Below, in pieces: positions 1 to 9,372 of a DNA stretch of 64,000 nucleotides. The notes beneath the pieces were generated by a model that saw nothing but the letters and a program-made list of their open reading frames with translations, ran no database searches and had not been told where the DNA came from. The position numbers and the translations under genes are program-made. The stretch is taken from the NCBI GenBank assembly GCA_000182565.2, contig KQ257471.1. One strand, 5' to 3'. Position 1 is the stretch's first letter; each line of letters opens with the position of its first letter. This DNA is from Spizellomyces punctatus DAOM BR117. Taxonomy: Eukaryota.

Positions 1-369
1 CCAGAGCCCAAACTGCCTTTTCAATGCTTTTTCAATTCTACCCCTGTTACCCCCCACTAAATATGTTGTTACTCCTCATCGTCGAAAAGTGTCGCATTAT
101 CCCAACATTCATCACTAACAGTTGATCATGTATCCACAGAAAAAGTCTGTAAATTTCTTGTCCTTTTGTGTCCCATCCACATTCCACTCGTCAATTTTCA
201 GTCGAGATTCCTTGACATAATTGTCAAGGTAGACTTTCAATCGCTCCACAAGATGACCTTTTTTACCTTTGAAGTATTCCTGGATTTCTCGATCCATTTT
301 TCCTCGGATCTCTGCTGTAGTAACAAAGCAGTCGAGATCATCAACCTTTTCAATGTGTTCATTGATCCA
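1..369. repeat. Inner part of left inverted repeat (reverse complement of 20802-21171)
   Basis: Base-by-base match; I saw only one substitution (FFCGY vs FFRGY) and one C/G-run indel. Confidence 0.95.
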
Positions 370-477
370 ACATTCGAAGATATGGAGGAACAGTGGAGTT
401 GTTGCTTGTTCACCTGTGTACAACTTAGGTTGATGGTTGAGGATGAAATGCAGGACATCGACTCAATTGAAAGCCAT
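115..477 (-). pseudogene. Chimeric ORF: short unique N-terminus fused to the last ~85 aa of the primase-helicase
   Basis: ATG at 477, in-frame TGA at 463-465, then in frame with WINEHIEKVDD...YMINC, matching the C-terminus of 18381-21056. Confidence 0.5.
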
Positions 478-770
478 GTTAAATTACTGGCATTTTTAGA
501 GCTTTTATTAGGAGCATGTGAGGGCTTATCAGCGTCAATGGGAATAAAACTGTTATCTTAGTCGAGTGTTATGTAATAGACCCGTGCATCGCTGCACAAA
601 AAGCTGTGTTGGCATCTGTGTTTCAGATGCGTGTGGTTTCTTTTTCGTTTCTTTTTGTGGTCAGTCCAACGAAAGAAGCCATGAAAAGGAAAGGACTGTA
701 TGACCCAATGGGGATACAGTTCTCCATCTGCATCACCATCTTTTTATAGAGAAAAAAAGGGAAGCCGTGT

Positions 771-1082
771 TCACGTTTCCATCCGCATTTCTAGAACAAA
801 GAGCCTTTCATTATGATTGTGTCCTAAGAGAACGCAATCCTGCAAGATGGCTAAGTAGCCGGAATTTCGAAAGCAGATTTCATCCAGTTTCTTCAAGTGG
901 ACGATTGACATAATCTCTTTGAAGATGTGTTCGTTCTGGTCTGTTTTCGGAAGAAACAATATGATACATTTTTTATCTCCTGTCATCATACCTTGACAGT
1001 ACCTCCAGAAGTTACACATGTCGCCCTTCACGGCGTCCTTGATGTTCAATACTGAATGACCTTCAATATCTGCGTGTCGCAT
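771..1082 (-). CDS. Hypothetical viral protein (103 aa)
   Basis: ATG ORF co-oriented directly downstream of the fibre gene; no recognisable motif. Confidence 0.45.
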   Translation of the reverse strand: MRHADIEGHSVLNIKDAVKGDMCNFWRYCQGMMTGDKKCIILFLPKTDQNEHIFKEIMSIVHLKKLDEICFRNSGYLAILQDCVLLGHNHNERLFVLEMRMET

Positions 1083-1131
1083 TCTTATCTTGCATAGCTT
1101 CTTTTTTAAATGATGGCAGTGCGCGCGTCAT

Positions 1132-4100
1132 CTATTGTCCGAGTTCAGTGATTTTAATGAGGGTAACATCAGTTGTGTTATCGGGAGCAGCCTGACTGAT
1201 ACTAAAATTTGTGAAGTAAGCAATGTTATCGGACATCCCTGTAACAACAAAGGCTGCTGTGATTGTACGATTGACTCCCGAATTAAAGTTAAAGTCGCTC
1301 GAGTACACAAGAGGCATCGACCCAGCGCTTTGTCCGAGAAATATTGACAATGTACCATTTGAGTTTGCTGTGCCATGGAGGTTAAGCATCCACTCCATAA
1401 GTACCTTGCCAGGTGTCGAAACATAGAAGACCTTCGAGGCATTGTTGGATTGCCACACGTCTTTAGTCAAAAGTTTGATAACTTGAACATTTCTTAGAAA
1501 TGTTTGACTGGCAACCCATGGTTGAGTAGCACAAACCTGACCATTGCTATAGACAGCACCGTTCGAATACAGATTCCCTCCTGCAACAACATGTGCAGCA
1601 ACCGCGACACCTCCTGAAACGACCAATGCTCCTGTGGAAGAACTCAATGCTGGTGTTGTAGAATCAATTGTGACATTTCCGGTATTTGCCTGTATCGTTA
1701 GTCCTTTAGCGGTCTGTGCTTGGAGCCGAAGATTTCCAATATCGTTTCTCAACGTCATTGTGTTAACGCCTCCATCCAAACTCCGGTTGTTTCCGTTCAA
1801 AAACATAACAGCAGAACCTGCTGCATTCTGGAAGTATTGGATGGCACAACTATTGCTCCCAGAGTCGAGGTTTTTAAGAATAATAGCCCGTAGCCCGTTA
1901 AGTGGCGAACCGATAGTTAGATTACCGGACGAGATGAGGTCTCCGGTGTAGGTGTTAACCGAGAATCGGCTATTCCATGTTCCAAAGGTATCACTGGAAT
2001 AATGACCGAATTCATAACGACGTTGGTCTATGCTATCAGACGAGCCGGCGAGGTGGACATGAAGGGCGTCTCCGGAGTTGTTGTAGGAGATAGTGTAGTC
2101 ACCTTTCGTAGAGGGAGTGTCACTTCTCAACTTGAAATATCCACCTGTAGAGGCGGCTATGAGAACTTTTCCTGTAATGTTTCCACCTGAGAAGATACTT
2201 TTAGAAACCCCTATTCCTCCTTTAACCTGTAGAGCGCCACTTGATACGGTTGTTGCCTCGGATGTATCATTAGCAAGAATTGTATTTGCCAACAGATTAC
2301 TAGAAGATGTTATAACATCTTGTTTCGATGTTTGCAGTGCTGATATGCTGGGGGCATAGTCGACAATGTTTAAAATACTTCGAACGGAAATATCATTCAC
2401 AAGGGTAAATCCTTGGACATCATCTCCCATGACAAACATGTTTGACATTGGACTCATCGATGCAAGGGAATCGAGTAAAGGACTTGCATTTTGCTTCCCT
2501 GAGATGTCGACATTGGTAATGCCTAATATTGTCTTCACCTCTTCAGGAGTTTTCACCGAGAATGATGTAGCAGAACTCCCAACAATAAATGAATTTGCTG
2601 ATAATGCAAGACTGCTTATAGACGATAATAGTGGACTCGATGCCTGTTTATTAGCAATGGCTGTCCCTACATAACTCTCGGTTGCAAGTTTGAGATTATT
2701 GGAGAAAATGTCTCCACCAACGTACAGCATTTTAGCGACACCTAAACCTCCTGATACCTGCAATGCGCCCGTTATAGTCGACAATGAGTCTGTAGTCGAA
2801 GTGATGGCAATGGTTCCATTGGCTTTGAGAATGAATTGATGGGCGCTAGTTCCATAGTTATAAAACCCGAGGCTCCCATTGGTAAGTATACCTGTTCCAT
2901 TAGTTGCAGCGTGGTATATACCCCAAGAATTACTCGAAGCAGCATTGTTACTAATCAGAACGGCGGTAGACGCTGTGGCACTTGAAGGCGCATTGATGAC
3001 TATGGCAGCCGGCTGCAATCCTCCTCCACCTGCTCCTAGGGTTAGAGTTTTTCCTATGCCGACTCCACCTGATACCTGGAAAGCACCTGTTGTCACACTA
3101 GTTGAATCGGTTGTGTTTGGTATCTGCGTTACGCCTGTATTGGAAACTCTCAGAACGAAGCCTGTATTGTTATAAGAACTATTTAGACCGAATCCACCTG
3201 CTGATAATGTTCCATCTCCTGTGCTTCCGGCAACTCTCATGCCCCATGTAACATTACTCCCAGTATTTACTAAGGACAATGTTGTAGATGCTGCGCCATT
3301 TTGAATGGTTATACCCCTGCCAACAGTGGCACTGTTAAATGATAGCGCAGTCGATGAGGTAATAAGAGGTTGATATGAGGAAAGTATATTCGATGTAGGA
3401 ACAACTGAGAACCCTGTGGGTGTTCCCATGATGAAAGTGTTAGCCGCCGGCGTTAAACCGCTGATAGAATCGAGTAACGCAGACGCACTTTGTTTAGTAG
3501 CAAGTGCTGTATCTGCAGCGGCCTTGTTATTCTGAACAAGTGTTTGAAGCGAAGTCAAGGATTGACTAAGAGGACTTGTCATGCCGGTCATTGTAGCGAC
3601 ACTCCATTGTTGCATAGCCACTTCGACTCCATTTTGAATGATCAGTCCTTCAACATTTAGATCATGTTCAACAAGTAAGCCACCTGTCAAGAGTCCATTG
3701 CCTACATTATCTACTCGAAACACTATATCTGAGGTGCCTTGGACAAATATTCCACCACTCGTTGTTAGAGAATTAACATTCAATGCAGACGATGTAGTAA
3801 GAAGAGGTTGGAGTCCCCCTAGAATTGTAGAGACAGGTGATACTGTAAAGCCCCCAGCAGTTCCCATGACGAAGGAATTTGGTGTCGTTGTTAAACCACT
3901 GATTGCATCGAGTAAAGGACTGGCATTTTGCTTCGTAGCAATGGATGTTGTTAGAGAACTTTCAGTAGCCAATTTCACTCCATTTGTGTATACATCCCCT
4001 CCAACGTACAGTGATTTAGCGATGCCAACTCCACCTTTCACCTGGAATGAGCCGGATGTTGAGGAAGTAGCATCAGTTGTCGTATTGATAATAACATTCC

Positions 4101-7100
4101 CAGATGAGAGAATATCCAAATTCAAAGCCGTTGCATTATTTGTACCAATACGCAAATTACTAGCGGAGGCTCGAATGATGTAGTCTCCAGCAACGGTATT
4201 TGTTACCCATTGACCTGCTGTTGCTGTATATCCGAATGATGCATTGTTTATTTGAAAGGCAGCAGCGGCTGTAGTAGATATAATAGCATACTTTCCCATG
4301 TACACTGTGCCTTGCACTCCTAATCCACCGGGAATTTGTAATGCACCTGTTGTTGTAGAGGATGCATCATTTGTAGCATCCAGCGTAACGATTCCAGTGT
4401 TTGCCTGTATTGTTAGTCCTCTAGCGGTCTGTGCTTGAAGCTGAAGGTTACCAATATCGTTTCTCAACGTCATTGCGTTAATCCCACCATCCGAACTCCG
4501 GTTGTTTCCATTCGAAAACATCACTCCAGAACCCCCTGAAGCCGTTAGATAAAGAATGCTGCATCCGTTTGTCCCTGTACTCGGATTGCTTACGATAAGG
4601 GAACGTAAACCGTTTACAGAAGAGGCTCCGACAGTTAGGTCACTACCAACAAGGCATGAACCATTTGTGTCCACTCTTAGACCCAGAGATACTGCACTAG
4701 ATGTCCGTCCGTAAATGTAAATCGGCTTGTCTTGTGCTCCTAACCACGTAGCAGCATCACTAGCGTACCCTAAAAAACCAGAACCATCCAGACCCAGCCA
4801 AGACGATTTTGTACCGTCAAAACTATTTGAAATAAAGACAGACGAGCCTCCTGCTACAGAGGTGGTCGTTTGAACTCTGCTTCCTGTAATGACTTTCCCT
4901 GAGATATTGCCACCAAATGTAACATTATTTGAAGTTAGATTAGTTATCTGGCTTCCGACCCAAGGTTTGATAACATCATTGTCGTAATCTCTTAACATCG
5001 AGAGATTGATTGCTTGCTGAGGGTATTCGTATTTGATGCCTCGATAACATGAAGGCGTATCAAACAAGAGACGAGTACAACCTCCTATTGGATCAGAAGC
5101 AATTGCAACATTGCTCCCGGGTTCAAGTGGTGGCATGAAGGTAACAGGGTCTATTGGTTCGTAAACGGGGTTTCCATCGCCATCGAGTATAGGTTGTCCT
5201 TCCGCATCTTGTTGAACCTTACGTTTGCGTGACCCTCCGAAAATCATAGCCCATGGAAATGCACTTGTAATAGGAAGAATTGAATTGACAGCCATGGGAA
5301 CTGTAAGAGGAGGACTAACATTTGCAGGAAACGGAATTGTGGTCAACGGAGTCACTCCGGACAAAACAATTACGTTGCCCCCAGGAACATCCGTTTTCAA
5401 CACTTCTGCGGTATCAGACTGTTCAGTATTATCGGTATCCCTTTGTTTCGATAGTGGCATAGGGTCAATGAGTGTAAAGTTGTAGAGCGGGTACGAACCT
5501 GTTATTATAAGGTTTGGACTGTTACTTACGAATTGTGGCGGAATCATGTTATACTGAATGGTATTGCCGACAACGACCACACTCCCGTATGAATTGGTCG
5601 ATCCGATGTAATTGCCTTTCAAAGTATCCCCCACCCGAAGAACGGTATCGCTTCCTGTAAGAGAACATGAAATCAGATCTCCCGAAACTTGCACTCCATT
5701 GATACCTCTTAGGTTCGTTGACAAAATCGCACCATTTTTTTGCAGTCCAATTCCCGCAGCGATGTTTGAACTCAGAACACCATTGTTTAGAGTCAGATCG
5801 GGTGACTGTGCAGTAAGAGATAACCTGAACTCGTTGCCCACCCTGCTTACCCCTTGGGAGGCTGTAAAGGTATCCCGTATGGTACCTCTGTTGACCATAG
5901 CCAAACCGCTGTTAGCATCAACTTTTAGATCGAGTTGAAGGTCATTCTGTACTCTCTCGATACCATTGCTGCAAGTCAGTACGTCTTTAATGGTATCTGC
6001 TTTGACCATTTGGAGACAACTGCCAGCCTCACATTTGAGAGAGAGCATAATATCGTTTGTAGTGCCAGGACGAACCGCCACTCCATTAAAGTCCTGGAAA
6101 ATGTACCCACCTGTGAGTGCATTTCCAACAATTCTGATGGTCTGATTATCGACCAAACAGCCTATCTCTCGACGTCCAGCAGCCTCCGGACTCACGGTGA
6201 TCGCTCCAGTTTGAGAGCCTTGATAAAATTGCGAAAGATAGTCTTTACTTACAGCATACGAGCCACCTCCAATCGCAGGCAATGTTCCGCTTAACTTTAC
6301 ATTGGGTACACGCAACTCCTGAAGCGTGGATGAATAAGTGAATGAAGAACTTCCCGAGTAGCCATAAGTAAGGTTCCCATACATGATTTGTTCATATCCG
6401 GGTGATTTCAGGGACAATCTCGAACCCGCTTGACTGAATGTGGAACTATCTACCATAAGGCGAATGGCTGTGGTGTCTACCTCTCCTAAAACATTAGTCA
6501 TTTCAGTCAAACTATCGAATCCAAAGTCGAGCCATGAAGACCCGATGTCTAACAGCGTATCCGCACCGCTGGATGTCTTTATAGCCCCAAATGCTTTGAA
6601 CAGTTGGCTTGAGTTTGTTTCGAGTTCATCTGAACTATTCACCTTCAAACTCTTGTGAAGTTTGACACCAATTCCATTATCCCGATATAGAGGTTTCTTC
6701 AGTGTTTCTAGAGGCGGCGGTGGTGGAAAGTTCACTGAAAGTCCGTTTTCGTTAATGGATAATGTCTCATCCACTCGAATACCAACCGTCCGCGATTCAT
6801 CATCACGGTACATTGGGAACTCATAATTTTCGGGAATCACTTTCAGTTTTTCTTGTTCTACAGATAAAGATGAATCATCAAACTGAAGTTGGATATCATG
6901 ACCCTCTTTTGAGTAGACAAGAGGTTGATACGCAGATACGTCGATTGTGGTCAACCGACTCTCCTCATCAATTTCAAACCTCTTGTTATCAACATTTAAT
7001 TCAATGGATACGACGCCATGTTCATTCGTACAAGGTAAGCATTCAGAGGTGGTTTCAACCTCGTTGACTTTAAGTTCACCATTTTCATTAGATAAATGCT

Positions 7101-7239
7101 TAAATTCTCCAACATCGAACCCCTTTATCTTGGCTCCAGCATCGAAGCCAACCATTTCGCCTGTCACATATGGAGATAAGAGATTTGTGTTATCTACGGT
7201 ACGTAACCCCGTAGAATTTCTACTATTAATTCCAGACAT
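1132..7239 (-). CDS. Large fibre/spike-like virion protein (2035 aa)
   Basis: Short Gly/hydrophobic shaft-like repeats in the N-half; repeated TTDSTSxTTGA(L/F)QVxGGVGI and KQxASPLLDxIS modules in the C-half; lies in the capsid module. Confidence 0.75.
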   Translation of the reverse strand: MSGINSRNSTGLRTVDNTNLLSPYVTGEMVGFDAGAKIKGFDVGEFKHLSNENGELKVNEVETTSECLPCTNEHGVVSIELNVDNKRFEIDEESRLTTIDVSAYQPLVYSKEGHDIQLQFDDSSLSVEQEKLKVIPENYEFPMYRDDESRTVGIRVDETLSINENGLSVNFPPPPPLETLKKPLYRDNGIGVKLHKSLKVNSSDELETNSSQLFKAFGAIKTSSGADTLLDIGSSWLDFGFDSLTEMTNVLGEVDTTAIRLMVDSSTFSQAGSRLSLKSPGYEQIMYGNLTYGYSGSSSFTYSSTLQELRVPNVKLSGTLPAIGGGSYAVSKDYLSQFYQGSQTGAITVSPEAAGRREIGCLVDNQTIRIVGNALTGGYIFQDFNGVAVRPGTTNDIMLSLKCEAGSCLQMVKADTIKDVLTCSNGIERVQNDLQLDLKVDANSGLAMVNRGTIRDTFTASQGVSRVGNEFRLSLTAQSPDLTLNNGVLSSNIAAGIGLQKNGAILSTNLRGINGVQVSGDLISCSLTGSDTVLRVGDTLKGNYIGSTNSYGSVVVVGNTIQYNMIPPQFVSNSPNLIITGSYPLYNFTLIDPMPLSKQRDTDNTEQSDTAEVLKTDVPGGNVIVLSGVTPLTTIPFPANVSPPLTVPMAVNSILPITSAFPWAMIFGGSRKRKVQQDAEGQPILDGDGNPVYEPIDPVTFMPPLEPGSNVAIASDPIGGCTRLLFDTPSCYRGIKYEYPQQAINLSMLRDYDNDVIKPWVGSQITNLTSNNVTFGGNISGKVITGSRVQTTTSVAGGSSVFISNSFDGTKSSWLGLDGSGFLGYASDAATWLGAQDKPIYIYGRTSSAVSLGLRVDTNGSCLVGSDLTVGASSVNGLRSLIVSNPSTGTNGCSILYLTASGGSGVMFSNGNNRSSDGGINAMTLRNDIGNLQLQAQTARGLTIQANTGIVTLDATNDASSTTTGALQIPGGLGVQGTVYMGKYAIISTTAAAAFQINNASFGYTATAGQWVTNTVAGDYIIRASASNLRIGTNNATALNLDILSSGNVIINTTTDATSSTSGSFQVKGGVGIAKSLYVGGDVYTNGVKLATESSLTTSIATKQNASPLLDAISGLTTTPNSFVMGTAGGFTVSPVSTILGGLQPLLTTSSALNVNSLTTSGGIFVQGTSDIVFRVDNVGNGLLTGGLLVEHDLNVEGLIIQNGVEVAMQQWSVATMTGMTSPLSQSLTSLQTLVQNNKAAADTALATKQSASALLDSISGLTPAANTFIMGTPTGFSVVPTSNILSSYQPLITSSTALSFNSATVGRGITIQNGAASTTLSLVNTGSNVTWGMRVAGSTGDGTLSAGGFGLNSSYNNTGFVLRVSNTGVTQIPNTTDSTSVTTGAFQVSGGVGIGKTLTLGAGGGGLQPAAIVINAPSSATASTAVLISNNAASSNSWGIYHAATNGTGILTNGSLGFYNYGTSAHQFILKANGTIAITSTTDSLSTITGALQVSGGLGVAKMLYVGGDIFSNNLKLATESYVGTAIANKQASSPLLSSISSLALSANSFIVGSSATSFSVKTPEEVKTILGITNVDISGKQNASPLLDSLASMSPMSNMFVMGDDVQGFTLVNDISVRSILNIVDYAPSISALQTSKQDVITSSSNLLANTILANDTSEATTVSSGALQVKGGIGVSKSIFSGGNITGKVLIAASTGGYFKLRSDTPSTKGDYTISYNNSGDALHVHLAGSSDSIDQRRYEFGHYSSDTFGTWNSRFSVNTYTGDLISSGNLTIGSPLNGLRAIILKNLDSGSNSCAIQYFQNAAGSAVMFLNGNNRSLDGGVNTMTLRNDIGNLRLQAQTAKGLTIQANTGNVTIDSTTPALSSSTGALVVSGGVAVAAHVVAGGNLYSNGAVYSNGQVCATQPWVASQTFLRNVQVIKLLTKDVWQSNNASKVFYVSTPGKVLMEWMLNLHGTANSNGTLSIFLGQSAGSMPLVYSSDFNFNSGVNRTITAAFVVTGMSDNIAYFTNFSISQAAPDNTTDVTLIKITELGQ

Positions 7240-7311
7240 GTTATATTGTAGCTAGGAAGTAAAATTTGAGGAGCTTGGCAAAAGACGAAGTGCTCGACGG
7301 GCGATAAAACT

Positions 7312-8772
7312 TTACGCTATCCTCTGTTTCTTCCTCGGTGGAAGTGTGACATCTGCTCCTTTTCTCCTTCTACTTCGAACTGTAGGTTCGACATGAACTG
7401 TTTGTGTTGGAACCAGTGGTACAACATATTCCGCTTCACGTTGTCCTCGCAATCTTGTGAGTGGACGTACTTCACTTCCTAAGTCCGCGGTTAGCGGTAC
7501 TAACGTTGGAGGATTGACAGCAACATTCGGAGGTGCTGGTGCAAAATTGACTTTTCTCCTATTTTTGGCTCGTATATGTTTTTCAACTTCTTCAGGGGAT
7601 GTTAATCTAATTTCCTCTACTTCCTCTCGTTCGGGTATAGAAGAATCTATTCTTTGTCTTTTTACCGTGGTCTGCTTATCATCTGGTTGTTTGTACTGTC
7701 TTCTTTTGGTTCCATGAGGAGCAACTCCAGCAAAAATCACATCCGGAGGACGTGGAGGAGCAACAGGTGATGGGGTTGATGGTGGAGTTACTGGCTCTGT
7801 TTTTTGCTTCTTTTTATTCAACCGAGGAATCGGCGGGGGTGCATTTGCTTTCCTTTTGGAACCTGCTAATATGGTTGCTTCCTTACCTTTGAAGTGAAAT
7901 GGAGTTCTAGCAGGAACCGGGATAAATTTTTCATTGACGGAGTTTCTCTCTAAAACATCCGCTACACCAGACGGATCATGGCGGTCATTCAGGAGTACTG
8001 TATCATGTGGAATTGGTGCGGCACTACGAGGCATTGTTTCCACGGAGGCATTGATTTGAGGAGATTCCACATGAACCTCTGGAGTCAAGCCAGGGAAACT
8101 GCCTGGAATCAGTGGAATATAAGCATCGGACATTGTCATCGCATCCAATGGAACAGCAGCGCCAGTCCCATGATTGACACGGTCATTTCCAACTGCATCT
8201 CGTCTAATTTCCGTCTCCCTTGTTAGAATTACAGGTTCTAGGGGAGTAGAATTTACATTACATGGCTGTGCTGGAATCTCATTTCCATTAGGTGGTGCTT
8301 CAAACATTAAGCCCGTTTGGGAAGTCACTGATGCGGGATAGGAAAACACATGCCCAGATTCATCAGGAATCGGTAGTCCTGAAAGGGAATTTTGCATTCC
8401 AATGGTCAATGCATTCCCTTGTCTACTTGGAGTAATCGAATCAAGATACTTCTGTTTCTTCCTGTAATCTTCCTCTGCTTTAACATATTCAAGACCATCC
8501 CTGTAAGCCTTGGTAGTTCGTTGGGCAGCCGAAAATTTCAGAACATCAGAAGATGAGAGCCTCGGTTCATATTTCGGTGCTGCATAGTTCGTCTTTGTTG
8601 CTAGGTCTTTCTCATGGACATTGCGGTTCCACGAATAGACAACTTGTGGTCGTCCGAGGATATCAATCTTTGAATAGTCTAGTGCGACACCCACTTGACG
8701 TTTTTGCAGATTTGGAATCGGTGGCGAAATAGCATATGTATCACTCAAGTAATTGGCTCGGTAATATGCCAT
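7312..8772 (-). CDS. Basic Pro-rich protein, possible core/DNA-condensing protein (486 aa)
   Basis: Long ORF with several NLS-like basic clusters (KRKANAPPP, NKKKQK, PPRKKQR). Confidence 0.6.
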   Translation of the reverse strand: MAYYRANYLSDTYAISPPIPNLQKRQVGVALDYSKIDILGRPQVVYSWNRNVHEKDLATKTNYAAPKYEPRLSSSDVLKFSAAQRTTKAYRDGLEYVKAEEDYRKKQKYLDSITPSRQGNALTIGMQNSLSGLPIPDESGHVFSYPASVTSQTGLMFEAPPNGNEIPAQPCNVNSTPLEPVILTRETEIRRDAVGNDRVNHGTGAAVPLDAMTMSDAYIPLIPGSFPGLTPEVHVESPQINASVETMPRSAAPIPHDTVLLNDRHDPSGVADVLERNSVNEKFIPVPARTPFHFKGKEATILAGSKRKANAPPPIPRLNKKKQKTEPVTPPSTPSPVAPPRPPDVIFAGVAPHGTKRRQYKQPDDKQTTVKRQRIDSSIPEREEVEEIRLTSPEEVEKHIRAKNRRKVNFAPAPPNVAVNPPTLVPLTADLGSEVRPLTRLRGQREAEYVVPLVPTQTVHVEPTVRSRRRKGADVTLPPRKKQRIA

Positions 8773-8837
8773 ACTAGGTTTTTTCCTTTGCTATGTAGAG
8801 CTGAAAAAATAATATCTCTTCTGTTCTATAAATCAAG

Positions 8838-9137
8838 ATGCCTAATTGGTTTTCTAAAGCGAAAGCAAAGGCAAATGTTCTGTGGAATAACACGCCTAAC
8901 TATGTAGCAAAAGCAAGGAACTTTGCCAATCAAGCAGTCCGGCATGCCACTACGTTTAATAAGCATATACAGCACGTAAACCGCCAAGTACAAGAATCTC
9001 CTTTATTTTCACAGGGTATTCGGGAAAAGTCACAGAAGATTTCCAGTCATGGAGACACTGGGCTGAGGAAACTTACAGAACTTCACAAGAACGCTGACAA
9101 CTTTGTTGAGAGGGTGGCAGGTGGTAGAATCAAGTGA
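8838..9137 (+). CDS. Small basic amphipathic protein (99 aa)
   Basis: ATG ORF; N-terminus MPNWFSKAKAKANVLW has an amphipathic helical pattern. Confidence 0.6.
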   Translation: MPNWFSKAKAKANVLWNNTPNYVAKARNFANQAVRHATTFNKHIQHVNRQVQESPLFSQGIREKSQKISSHGDTGLRKLTELHKNADNFVERVAGGRIK

Positions 9138-9144
9138 TCTAATC

Positions 9145-9286
9145 CAGTGAACTACTGCTATTTGGGTGGCGAGGGTGATTGACCCCGATCTCGGGTTCTA
9201 TGTATAACATGTTACTGGACTTCGGGGTCATTTACCCTCAACCTACATCCAACCCCATAATCAAACAGGTAGCGTGTGGTTGTCTA
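9145..9286. repeat. Non-coding stem-loop element; diverged inverted copy at 21648-21797
   Basis: 18-bp stem 9171-9188/9222-9239 (GAGGGTGATTGACCCCGA / TCGGGGTCATTTACCCTC); flanks also align with the second copy. Confidence 0.8.
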
Positions 9287-9372
9287 AGGGAAGCTTGAAA
9301 GAGAAAGAGCCAAACGGCGGACAATGTTCACTGCGCTCTTGGCGCCCCAGGCGGGCTATCAATTTTAACCCT

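Noticed and set aside
1135-7255. Many plus-strand ORFs opposite the fibre gene, and similar ones opposite the element C polyprotein
   Set aside because: Antisense shadows of long coding frames with no motifs
5225-9137. IFGG/S in the fibre and VAGG/R in the 99-aa protein as adenain cleavage sites
   Set aside because: No cysteine protease gene seen in the element, and such short motifs arise by chance
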